A DNA stretch of 64,000 bases from an uncultured delta proteobacterium. GTDB taxonomy: Bacteria; Desulfobacterota; Desulfobaccia; Desulfobaccales; 0-14-0-80-60-11. Below the pieces are notes generated by a model. That model was not told where the DNA came from, ran no database searches, and worked only from the letters and a program-made list of their open reading frames with translations. Below are positions 38,104-46,801 of the stretch, piece by piece (positions within the stretch are counted from its first letter, which is position 1; the number at the start of each line of letters is the position of its first letter). The DNA lies in assembly GCA_963812015.1 (NCBI GenBank), contig CAWETI010000002.1:160001-224000 (forward strand). Direction: 5' to 3'. Made by a program: the position numbers and the translations under genes.

Positions 38104-38697
38104 ATCCTTCTTGACGACCACCGCCAGGATACCGAACATTTTTTGTTCCAGGCGGCCCTGGAGGGTAAAGCCCGTCTCCTGGAGGGCCCGGTGCAGGTCA
38201 TGGCTGTAAAAGCGGTCGTGTTCCGGGTGCAGGAAGATGCGCCGGGCCAGGAAATTCTGATAAAACTGGGGGTAAAACTCCTCCAGGAAGTAGATGCCCC
38301 CGGGTTTGAGCACCCGGGCGATTTCCCCCAGGCCCCCCCGCCAATCCGGCAGATGGTGGAGCACCCCGAAGCCGAAGACGGCGTCCAGAACCCCGTCCCG
38401 GTAAGGCAGCCTCAGGGCATCCCCCACGTAGAGCGAAATCTTGTCCTTGAACTCCGGTTTCAGGTACCTCCCGGCCATAAGGATCATCCGGAGGTCCAGG
38501 TCGAAGGCGTGGAGGGTGGCGGGGTGAAACGCCTCCTGGATGAGGCAGGCTCCGGCCCCCCGGCCGCAGCCGATCTCCAGCACCCGGGCCTGGGGTGTAA
38601 TCCGGGTCACGCTTTTAATCCACTTGATGATGCGGCGCTGGATCATGACCCGTACCGGGTTATTGACCACCAGCCGCTCGGCCCAGTTGAGCTTCAT
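38101..38697 (-). CDS. Class I SAM-dependent methyltransferase
   Basis: VLEIGCGRG, GDALRLPY, VLHHL, RVLKPGG. Confidence 0.9.
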   Translation of the reverse strand: MKLNWAERLVVNNPVRVMIQRRIIKWIKSVTRITPQARVLEIGCGRGAGACLIQEAFHPATLHAFDLDLRMILMAGRYLKPEFKDKISLYVGDALRLPYRDGVLDAVFGFGVLHHLPDWRGGLGEIARVLKPGGIYFLEEFYPQFYQNFLARRIFLHPEHDRFYSHDLHRALQETGFTLQGRLEQKMFGILAVVVKKD

Positions 38698-39476
38698 GGC
38701 TTTACCCCCAGATGGATCACCGCGATGCCGTTGGTGAGGCGGCGGTATCTGACCCGGGTAAAGCCGATTTCGGTGAGGACTGCCGACAATTCTTCAGGTT
38801 GGGAGAACATCCGGATGGATTCGGGGAGATAGGTGTAAGCGTCCCAGGACCCCACCATGATCTTGCCCACGGCGGGCATGAGGTAAAAGGAGTAAAAGTC
38901 ATAGAGCCGGCGGAACCAGGCGGTCTTGGGCTTGGAGAACTCCAGACACATCATCTGGCCGCCAGGCTTCAACACCCGGAACATTTCCTGAAAGCCCACC
39001 TCGGGGTGAGTCAGGTTGCGAATCCCGAAACCCACCATGGCCGCGTCGAAGCTGGCATCCGGGCAGGGGAGGCGCTCTGCGTCCCCCTGGATATAGGCGA
39101 TGCGGGGGGCCAGGGAGGCGCGGACCACTTTGGGCCATCCCGCCGCCATCATGGCCCAGTTGATGTCATAGACCACCACCCGGCCGGCGCTGCCGATGGC
39201 CCGGGCGGCCCGGATGGCCAGGTCGGCGGTGCCGCCGCACACGTCCAGGACCCGGTCTCCCGGCTTTAACTCCAACCGGCGCACCGCGGCAAACTTCCAC
39301 AGGTGGTGGAGGCCGAAGCTCAAAAGGGTGTTCATCAAGTCGTATTTCCGGGCCACCGTGTCGAAGTGGTGGTGCACCAGCTTCTCTTTTTCCGCCTCGG
39401 CCACCTGTTGATAACCGAAATAGGTGGTGCGGGGTTCGGGACCCGTAAGGTCCTGGGACTCGCGGTCAAACTTCAT
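38694..39476 (-). CDS. ubiE: Demethylmenaquinone methyltransferase (UbiE/MenG)
   Basis: FDTVARKYDLMNTLLSFGLHHLWK, LDVCGGTAD, FGIRN, YTYLPESI. Confidence 0.92.
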   Translation of the reverse strand: MKFDRESQDLTGPEPRTTYFGYQQVAEAEKEKLVHHHFDTVARKYDLMNTLLSFGLHHLWKFAAVRRLELKPGDRVLDVCGGTADLAIRAARAIGSAGRVVVYDINWAMMAAGWPKVVRASLAPRIAYIQGDAERLPCPDASFDAAMVGFGIRNLTHPEVGFQEMFRVLKPGGQMMCLEFSKPKTAWFRRLYDFYSFYLMPAVGKIMVGSWDAYTYLPESIRMFSQPEELSAVLTEIGFTRVRYRRLTNGIAVIHLGVKP

Positions 39477-39689
39477 GGTGGGGCCTTTCCTGGGTTGGCG
39501 GCTTGGCCCATCTCCCGGCGCCGAACCCGGAGATGAGGCGTTTCAGGTCAGTTTTTATTCTATCAAGTCAGGCCTTGAGGCGGCAGGAAAATCTTCCGCC
39601 CTGAACGCGGACCGCCAAGGTGCGGTTATCAGGAGGATAGTCGGCCAGGTTACTAGCTCATAAGGGCTCATAAAGCCGGGGGAAATGAC

Positions 39690-39713
39690 CAGGGCGACCC
39701 GGAGGTCGCCCTG
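39690..39713. repeat. REP-like hairpin downstream of hmcF
   Basis: CAGGGCGACC-CGGA-GGTCGCCCTG perfect 10-bp stem. Confidence 0.55.
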
Positions 39714-39774
39714 TCTGTGGTCGATGGGTAAAGCGGCTTGTGAGAAAGGCTGTGGTCACAGGTCCTGGCTAACC

Positions 39775-41175
39775 TTACTCTTCCTCTTCTTCCTTGGGCT
39801 TGAGATGCTCGGGCACGATGGCCATCTTGATGAGCAGAGGTTTCAAAAAGGTCTGCTTAATGCCCTGTTCGTACACCTCTTCCAGGTCCCGGATGGCGTC
39901 CCAGCAGTTGTGGCAGGGGGTGACCACCAGGTTGGCGCCGGTGGCCAGGATCTGGTCGCGCTTGACCTTCAGGCCCATGTTGCGCTGCTGCCGGTAGATG
40001 CCCAAACCGTTGATGCCGCCGCCGCCCCCGCAACAGAAGTTGTACTCCCGGTTGGGCGACATCTCCACGAAGTAGCCGGGCTCCACCAGGTAGCTCATGA
40101 TCTCCCGGGTGATGTCGGCCAGCCCGTAGTTGCGGATGTAGTTGCAGGAGTCTTGTAAAGTGACCAGCTCCTTGATCCGCTTAGTCGGGTCGATCTTGAT
40201 CTTGCCGGTGCGGAGGGCCTCGGCGACCCACTCCACGTAATGGAAATAAGGCGCCGGCGGCCTGCCGTCCGGGCGGCCGGCCCAGTAAGGCCCCTCGATG
40301 ACCGTGGCCCGGTGCGCGTGGCCGCATTCCGTGCCCAGAACCCGCTTGGGCTTGAGCCGCTCAATGGCCGCATAGACGCTGTCGACCTGCATCTTGCAAC
40401 CTTCCCAGTCCCCGGCAAACATCGTCAAAGAAGTCTGTTCCCAACCCTCGCTGGTGACGGTCCAGTTTTCGCCGGCCAGGTGGAAGAGGATGGCGGCGTC
40501 GGCAATGTCCTCGGGATAGTGTTTGGGCTCCCGGGCGTTACAGGTGTAGAGGATATCCGCCCCGACTTTGTCCACGGGGATCTCGAGGCCCGGCCACTCA
40601 TCCTGCTGTTCATCGGCCATCCATTCGACGGTTTCAACCCAGTCCTCAGAGGTCACGTCCATCTGGGCGCGGTAGATGCGGTGCATGCCCGAGCCGATCT
40701 TGAGCTCCCAAGGCACAAAGCCCTGGGAGAAGCACAGGCCCCTGAGGTAGCCGAACATGACGCCCATGTCGATGCCGTAAGGGCAGAAGCTGCCGCAACG
40801 GTTGCAGCAGGTGCATTTGCCCCAGGCCACATCCATGCAGTAGCGCATGTGGGCATTGTCCACGTTGCCCTTCTGTTTGACAATTTTGCCCAGGGTGGAA
40901 ATGATTTTGTGCGACGGCACCTGGGTGGGATCCCTGTGGTTGGCCAGATAAAAGAAGCAGGTGTCACCGCAGAGGCCGCAGTGGGCGCATAATTCCAGCC
41001 AGGCCTGCATGCGGGATTTAAAGGTGGCCTCCAGGGATTTGCGAAGCTTCTCGGTGTCGACATCGAGATGCTTCATCTCTTCATAATATTTTTTGCCGCC
41101 CTTGTCACCGAGCACCAAATCGAGCTGCTCTTTGGTATTAATGGGGGTTTTGTTGCAATAGATTCCTTCCGGCAT
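39775..41175 (-). CDS. hmcF: Hmc complex Fe-S/CCG-domain subunit (HdrD/DsrK-like)
   Basis: [41 protein letters not shown]; last gene of the operon. Confidence 0.88.
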   Translation of the reverse strand: MPEGIYCNKTPINTKEQLDLVLGDKGGKKYYEEMKHLDVDTEKLRKSLEATFKSRMQAWLELCAHCGLCGDTCFFYLANHRDPTQVPSHKIISTLGKIVKQKGNVDNAHMRYCMDVAWGKCTCCNRCGSFCPYGIDMGVMFGYLRGLCFSQGFVPWELKIGSGMHRIYRAQMDVTSEDWVETVEWMADEQQDEWPGLEIPVDKVGADILYTCNAREPKHYPEDIADAAILFHLAGENWTVTSEGWEQTSLTMFAGDWEGCKMQVDSVYAAIERLKPKRVLGTECGHAHRATVIEGPYWAGRPDGRPPAPYFHYVEWVAEALRTGKIKIDPTKRIKELVTLQDSCNYIRNYGLADITREIMSYLVEPGYFVEMSPNREYNFCCGGGGGINGLGIYRQQRNMGLKVKRDQILATGANLVVTPCHNCWDAIRDLEEVYEQGIKQTFLKPLLIKMAIVPEHLKPKEEEEE

Positions 41176-41278
41176 AATTTTTACTCCTTTGCTTGCCGGT
41201 CTTGTCGGGGGCCAACGCCTCTCGACGGGTCATGGCAGAGAAATTCTCTACACATTATTTGTTATAGTATATCACACC

Positions 41279-41956
41279 TTACCAGGCAAAGCCTCCCTTG
41301 GCCTTGTAGGCGCGCTTGATGCCGAAGTCGGCTCCAATCTGGCCCCGGGAGAGGAAGAAGCCCACAATATGATAGAGCTTGGTGAACGGAATGGCGATGA
41401 GCAGGAGTTCACCGCTCAAAATGTGCGTATACAGCCAGAACTCGTAATCCCCGAACTGGTGCACGGCCAGAAAGCCGGAGACGAAGGGGGTCACGGTGAT
41501 CAGGAGCAGGAAGTAATCGTAAAGCGTCGTGACGATCCTCACCTCCGGCAAGCCGATGCGGCGCAGGGCGATGCACACCGTGGTGACGATGACGGTAATG
41601 GTCAGGACGTCGGCCAGGGCCATGGAGATGGACGGCCAATGGATGCCCCAGCGCTGCTGGATGATGATCGCATGGCCTTGCAGGAACAGCGGGGTGACCA
41701 CCAGCCCCACATGGAAGGCGAAGAATATGGTGGTGTAGAGGGGCTTGGCGCGCCAGCCATGAGACCCGTAAGGGATGAGCCAGTGGATGATGGAGCTGAG
41801 GGCGCCCTTGAGGCCCTGGAGGGGATGCGCCTTGTAGGCCACCCGGTCGAGCTTCCAGTCCAGGCCCTGGATGTAGCGCACCACCCGCACGATCAGCCCG
41901 ACGAAACAGACCCCGAAGGACAGCCAGAGTAGGGGACCGGTGATGAATTGATACAT
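41279..41956 (-). CDS. hmcE: Hmc complex membrane cytochrome b subunit (NarI/TmcC-like)
   Basis: MYQFITGPL, FAFH...GH, THILSGELLLIAIPFTKLYH. Confidence 0.88.
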   Translation of the reverse strand: MYQFITGPLLWLSFGVCFVGLIVRVVRYIQGLDWKLDRVAYKAHPLQGLKGALSSIIHWLIPYGSHGWRAKPLYTTIFFAFHVGLVVTPLFLQGHAIIIQQRWGIHWPSISMALADVLTITVIVTTVCIALRRIGLPEVRIVTTLYDYFLLLITVTPFVSGFLAVHQFGDYEFWLYTHILSGELLLIAIPFTKLYHIVGFFLSRGQIGADFGIKRAYKAKGGFAW

Positions 41957-41995
41957 ATGCGACTCCTCCGCAAGGCCGCCAGGCGGCCTGCAGCG

Positions 41996-42139
41996 CTATT
42001 TGATGTCCTTCTCCTCGTCCCTGCCGGTGAGGTAAAGCCAGAAGCCGAGTACGCCAAGGACCATCGCACCCATCAGGTAATAGGCCGCGCCTTTGGTGTA
42101 GACCAGGAAAGTATGCAGCGTGAAAAAATGGTTTTCCAT
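41996..42139 (-). CDS. hmcD: Hmc complex small membrane subunit (47 aa; below ORF-track cut-off)
   Basis: MENHFFTLHTFLVYTKGAAYYLMGAMVLGVLGFWLYLTGRDEEKDIK*; SD ggaaggga; sits between hmcC and hmcE. Confidence 0.85.
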   Translation of the reverse strand: MENHFFTLHTFLVYTKGAAYYLMGAMVLGVLGFWLYLTGRDEEKDIK

Positions 42140-42150
42140 GGTTCCCTTCC

Positions 42151-43377
42151 TTAATGTCCGAAGGTTTGGGGGTGGTGTTTGAGCTTGTGTTCGTGCAACT
42201 CAGCGGGCTCGTGTTCCTTGAACTTGGGATGCTCGTAGAAGATGGGCATTTTCCTGGCGATGAAGGTGAAAATCGTCAGCCCCAGCGTGACGATATACAG
42301 GGAGATGGCGATCTCCATCCAGCTCGGGAAGTAGCGTTCGGCCGCCGGCAGTTGCCAGTTGAAGGCCACGAGGGAGACGTTGAAGCGGTTGAGCACAATA
42401 CCGAGTACGGTGAGCACCGCCGCCCCGCGGACCAGCTTGACGTTCTTCTCGCGCACGCCCATGGCGTAGATGAAACAGGGCAAGGCCACAAAGCCCAGGA
42501 GTTCGAGGAGGAACCAGGCCCCGTAGCCGGTAAAGAGGTAGTGCCAGTTGTTATCTATGGTAATCCCCACGACCTTGATCAGGAAATAGCCCGCCAGCAC
42601 CATGGCCGCGCCTTTGCCGAAGCCCAAGGTCACCTCGTCGTGCTCCCGCAGGTAGGTTTCGTCCATCTTATCGTGCAGGTACTTGTGTGAGAGCGTACCC
42701 TCGAAGATGACCATGGACAGGCCGGCGGCGATGCTCGAGACGAAGAAAAAGACCGGCAAATAGCTCGAGTACCAGAGGGGGTGAAGTTTGGAGGGCGCAA
42801 TGAGGTACAGGGCCCCCAGAGAACTCTGGTGCATGGTGGAGAGGATGACGCCTAAGATGGTCAAGGCCAGGGTCATTTTGAGGACGATGTTGCGTATCCT
42901 GGGGAGGCGCAGCCATTCTAAGGCGGCCGGGGTCCACTCGACGAAGAGCACGTGCAGGTAGATCATGACACACAAGCCCACTTCGAAGAGCACCGAGGTG
43001 GTGCCGGACTGCACCAAGAACGGATACGGCAGCCGCCAGGGACGGCCCACGTCGTAGAGCAGCGCGAAGACCACCAGGGAGTAGCCCAGGAAGGCGGTGA
43101 GGATCGCAGGCCTGACCGCAGAGTGGTAGCGCTTCAGTCCGAAGACATACACCGCCGTGGAGGTGGTGTAGCCGCCGGCGGCCAAAGCGACGCCGCACAG
43201 CAGGTCGAAGGAGATCCAGATGCCCCAAGGGTTATTGTCTGAGAGATTGGTGACCGCGCCGAGCCCCTTGGTGAAGCGCAGGGCCGTGATCACCGCGCCG
43301 GTCAAGATAATGACCCCGACTACGATGTTGAAGGGCGTCAGCCAGGATTGCTTGGCGCCGGGTTGTTCGATGGACAT
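42151..43377 (-). CDS. hmcC: Hmc complex NrfD/HybB-family membrane subunit
   Basis: GLGAVTNL...PWGIWI.FD, GVALAAGG, DVGRPWR, MHQSSLG, LHPLW. Confidence 0.9.
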   Translation of the reverse strand: MSIEQPGAKQSWLTPFNIVVGVIILTGAVITALRFTKGLGAVTNLSDNNPWGIWISFDLLCGVALAAGGYTTSTAVYVFGLKRYHSAVRPAILTAFLGYSLVVFALLYDVGRPWRLPYPFLVQSGTTSVLFEVGLCVMIYLHVLFVEWTPAALEWLRLPRIRNIVLKMTLALTILGVILSTMHQSSLGALYLIAPSKLHPLWYSSYLPVFFFVSSIAAGLSMVIFEGTLSHKYLHDKMDETYLREHDEVTLGFGKGAAMVLAGYFLIKVVGITIDNNWHYLFTGYGAWFLLELLGFVALPCFIYAMGVREKNVKLVRGAAVLTVLGIVLNRFNVSLVAFNWQLPAAERYFPSWMEIAISLYIVTLGLTIFTFIARKMPIFYEHPKFKEHEPAELHEHKLKHHPQTFGH

Positions 43378-43378
43378 G

Positions 43379-44437
43379 TTATTCGCCCTCCTGGGTCTGA
43401 GCCTTGGCAGCCTCTTCCAGGGCCTTTTTGACTTCGCTCTCGATGGCGGCCTTTTTCTCGGACTCGGCTTTGGCCATGGCCCGGTGCAGCTTGGCGTCGG
43501 CCTTTTCCTGGGCCTTGGCCACGGCCTCGCTTACGGCCATCACCTTCTCTTCGTGGGCGATCTTGTCCTTGCGTTTGGACACGGCGTAGATGCCGACCAA
43601 AAGCACCGGCCAGAGACCAGCCACGATGGGCACGGCGCCCAGCGCCCCGGCAGTCAGCTCCGGCGCCGGCACGATGCCCAGGTCCTCCCGCAGGCCGATG
43701 GCCTTGAAGGGCACGCCTGAGACGTAGAGCCAGCTTGTCCCGCCCATCTCGTGTTCGCCGTAGATGTGGTTCAGGTAGCGCCCCGGGAAGGCGCGTATCC
43801 GCTCCCGGGCGATCATGATTAGATCCTCGCGTTTGCCGTAGACCAGGGCCTCGACGGGGCAGGCGCCAACGCAGCCCGGCACCGTCAACTTGCCCGTGGT
43901 GATCAGCGGCTGGCACATGGTGCACTTCATGATCCGGGGGGTCAGAGCCTCGTTGTACTCAAAAGTCGGGATATCGAAGGGGCAGGCGATCATGCAATAA
44001 CGGCAGCCCACGCAGGTTGAGGCGTCCCAAATTACCCCGCCTTGCGGCGTTTTCGTATAGGCATTCACGAAGCAGGACGAGGCGCAGGCCGGCTCCAGGC
44101 AGTGTTGGCACTGGTTCTTGCGAAAGACCGGGCCCGCGGCCCCCGGGATGCTGTCGTAGCGGTTGACTATGGTGTAGGTCTTGGCGTCGGTTCGCCGCTT
44201 CCCATCCAGGACGCTCAGATCATCGAAAGGCTTGGCCGGGGCCGGCAGGTCGTTGACCTTGTTGCAACCGGCTTCGCATCTGCGGCAGCCAATGCAACGG
44301 GTGGCGTCGAACAGCACGCCGAAGCTCCCGGGATACCCGGCGAACTGTTGGTGTCCAGCGGCGTGGGCCGACTTACCAAGAGCAGCACCCACTCCTGCGG
44401 CTCCGAGCAGGCCAAGAAACGTTCTTCGTAACATCAT
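43379..44437 (-). CDS. hmcB: Hmc complex periplasmic Fe-S subunit (HybA-like)
   Basis: Tat signal [53 protein letters not shown]-terminal TM and charged helical tail. Confidence 0.9.
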   Translation of the reverse strand: MMLRRTFLGLLGAAGVGAALGKSAHAAGHQQFAGYPGSFGVLFDATRCIGCRRCEAGCNKVNDLPAPAKPFDDLSVLDGKRRTDAKTYTIVNRYDSIPGAAGPVFRKNQCQHCLEPACASSCFVNAYTKTPQGGVIWDASTCVGCRYCMIACPFDIPTFEYNEALTPRIMKCTMCQPLITTGKLTVPGCVGACPVEALVYGKREDLIMIARERIRAFPGRYLNHIYGEHEMGGTSWLYVSGVPFKAIGLREDLGIVPAPELTAGALGAVPIVAGLWPVLLVGIYAVSKRKDKIAHEEKVMAVSEAVAKAQEKADAKLHRAMAKAESEKKAAIESEVKKALEEAAKAQTQEGE

Positions 44438-44466
44438 ACACTCCTCTTCCTACAGCCCAAGGCCGG

Positions 44467-46134
44467 TTACTGCTGCTTTTCCTTGTGACACTCGATGCAC
44501 GCCGTGGCGGCAGGCTTCTCAACCTTCATGTCCTTGTGGCAGCTCATGCACTGCCCATGGAACGCCGCCAGCAACTCCGGACGGTTCGACTCCTTGGCGC
44601 CGAAGTGCTTGCCGTGGCAACTGCTGCAGTTGGGCGGCTGCTTGGCGGGCGGGCTGTTGTGGTGGCAGCCCTGGCAGATCGTGCCCGGATCGCGATGGAA
44701 GTACTCGGCGAGCGGATTGCCCTGCATGCCCTTCATGAGCGAGGTGACATGGGCGCGGTGATTCATCTCCACCGGCTCGTACTTGTCGGACAAGGTCTTA
44801 ATCACCACTTTGTCCGGAATGTCGCCTTCGGCATAAGCGCCCGGGTGCATTTTCCGGTTCTTCAGCATGACCTCGGCGATGCCGGACTTCTGTTGCGGGT
44901 TGGAAAGGAGGCTGGCGCGCAGCGCCTCGATGCCCTCGGGCAACTGCATGTGGCACTGCTTGCAGGTGGCGTCATCCGGCCGCTGGGACTTGTTCATCTG
45001 CTTATGGCAGCCGGCGCAGTTGGCGGCGGCCTGCTTGGCGGCATGGCAGCCGATGCAGCTCTGTTGGCTGGTCTTGAGGTGCATGGCCTGCTCGTAGGTC
45101 ACGAACTTGCCTTTCTTAGACCCGGCCAGGGTGTGGCACGTATCGCACGACTCGATCCCGGCGTGATGGCAGACCCGGCAGCTGTCGTTGTATTTCTCGT
45201 GGGCCTTGTGGTCGAAGGCCACCGGATTCATCAAGACGGGCTTCTCACCTTTGCTGATCTCGACCTTGGCATTGTAAGCGATCAGGGCCGCGTCCGGCTG
45301 GCCGCGCTGGAGGCGCGGGACTTCCTTATTGGGGAGCTTGGCCACCATCTCCTGGTTTTTCTTCGCCACTAGGGCCAGACCCTGGGCGCTGTGACAGCCG
45401 GCGCAGAGGTAAGGGCCGTTCTGCTTCACGCCCTTGTTGGCGAGATCGAGATGGCAAAGCACACACTGCTGGTGGGAGGCCTGCTCCAGGCTCATCACGC
45501 CATTTTGAGGCTTGGCCCCGTGGCAGGAGCGGCAAGAATCCTCTTTGCGCTTGGCATAAAAGGTTTTCTTGGTCTGTTTATCGTAGTCATGGTGGCAGCT
45601 GCCGCAGTTGCCCTGGCCGGCAGGGTCCGAGGCGATGTCCTTAGAGTCCACGTGCCTGAAGTGCAGGACCTTGTCCAGCCCCAGGTCCACTTTGGCAGAG
45701 ACGACCTGCGGCTTGGCATCGTGGCAGGAGCGGCAGAAACCGTCCTGCGGGCCGGTCTTTTTGCCCGCCGCGGCCATCTCGTCGTGGCAGCCGATGCAGC
45801 TCGCATGGTAGATGTCTTTGATCTCCGCCGGCTTCGTCGTCTTCTGGCGCTTATAGGCCAGGGACAGCTTATGGTTCTCAACGAAGTGGCAGGTCTCACA
45901 GTTCTTTTTCTCCTTGAGCAGCACATCGGTGTGCTTGTCATGGAAGAACGTGACCGCCGGCAACTCAAGCTCACCAAACGCGGCCAGGGTATTGATCTTG
46001 ATGAGGTCCGGCCGCTTCGACTCGGGGGCCTTCGCCGACTCCGTTTCACTCTGGGCCTCGATGCAGAGGAATGAGATCGAGGCACACGCCAACAGGATCC
46101 CAGCCCATCGAAGCAGTGGTCTTCCTTTCACCAT
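44467..46134 (-). CDS. hmcA: High-molecular-mass hexadecaheme cytochrome c
   Basis: Signal peptide; 16 CxxCH motifs counted; c3-like FFHDKH and FDHKAH motifs. Confidence 0.93.
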   Translation of the reverse strand: MVKGRPLLRWAGILLACASISFLCIEAQSETESAKAPESKRPDLIKINTLAAFGELELPAVTFFHDKHTDVLLKEKKNCETCHFVENHKLSLAYKRQKTTKPAEIKDIYHASCIGCHDEMAAAGKKTGPQDGFCRSCHDAKPQVVSAKVDLGLDKVLHFRHVDSKDIASDPAGQGNCGSCHHDYDKQTKKTFYAKRKEDSCRSCHGAKPQNGVMSLEQASHQQCVLCHLDLANKGVKQNGPYLCAGCHSAQGLALVAKKNQEMVAKLPNKEVPRLQRGQPDAALIAYNAKVEISKGEKPVLMNPVAFDHKAHEKYNDSCRVCHHAGIESCDTCHTLAGSKKGKFVTYEQAMHLKTSQQSCIGCHAAKQAAANCAGCHKQMNKSQRPDDATCKQCHMQLPEGIEALRASLLSNPQQKSGIAEVMLKNRKMHPGAYAEGDIPDKVVIKTLSDKYEPVEMNHRAHVTSLMKGMQGNPLAEYFHRDPGTICQGCHHNSPPAKQPPNCSSCHGKHFGAKESNRPELLAAFHGQCMSCHKDMKVEKPAATACIECHKEKQQ

Positions 46135-46801
46135 AACTCAATTCCTTAGCTGATTATGATAGCTGACAAGAAACTGACAAGATATCCCGTTCCGGGAAGT
46201 TTTGAGCATGAGAAAATCATCACAATACAAGTTTATGCCAATTTTTTGTACCTGTCCAAAAAAAATTGGCAGCGGGAGCCATTTTTTTTGCGTTATAGTG
46301 GGCTGGACTGCGCCTCGTGGGCCAGCGGGTCACTATCGCGAGTATTGCCTTTGGGCTTTATAGTGCACGCGGGTTCCTTACGTCAAGCAAAATCGGTTTT
46401 TAAGTTGATTTTTCAACGCATTGGCCCTTCGGTGTCGATTAAAAACATTAGTGCAAAATGTCGGCCTGAATGATGAGCGCTTCAGTGCAAAAGTGAATAT
46501 TTTCGCAAGCGATATTTTACCATTAAAAAATATATATATAATAAAATAAGTTAATAGTTTTCCCCATGGATTTTTGCTCGTTAGCTGATAGAATGTAAAA
46601 AAATTCCCGGACCATCGCCGCGCCTGGTTTTGACCTTTCCTGATCCTTTGGGTATGAGACGCCGATATCTAAGGAACATTTGTGGCTGGGCCCCGCGCCT
46701 CGGCGCCCCGGGAAGGAAAAAATTTTACCAATCCCCCGATCGTGCCCGGCTCTGACTTTAATGGGGCCGACGCTTGCCTGAGCGAAGGATAGCTCACCGC
46801 C

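Noticed and set aside
46225..46241. Sigma54-like TGGCATAAACTTGTA upstream of hmcA (minus strand)
   Set aside because: Spacing is one base short of GG-N10-GC and the -12 element is GT.
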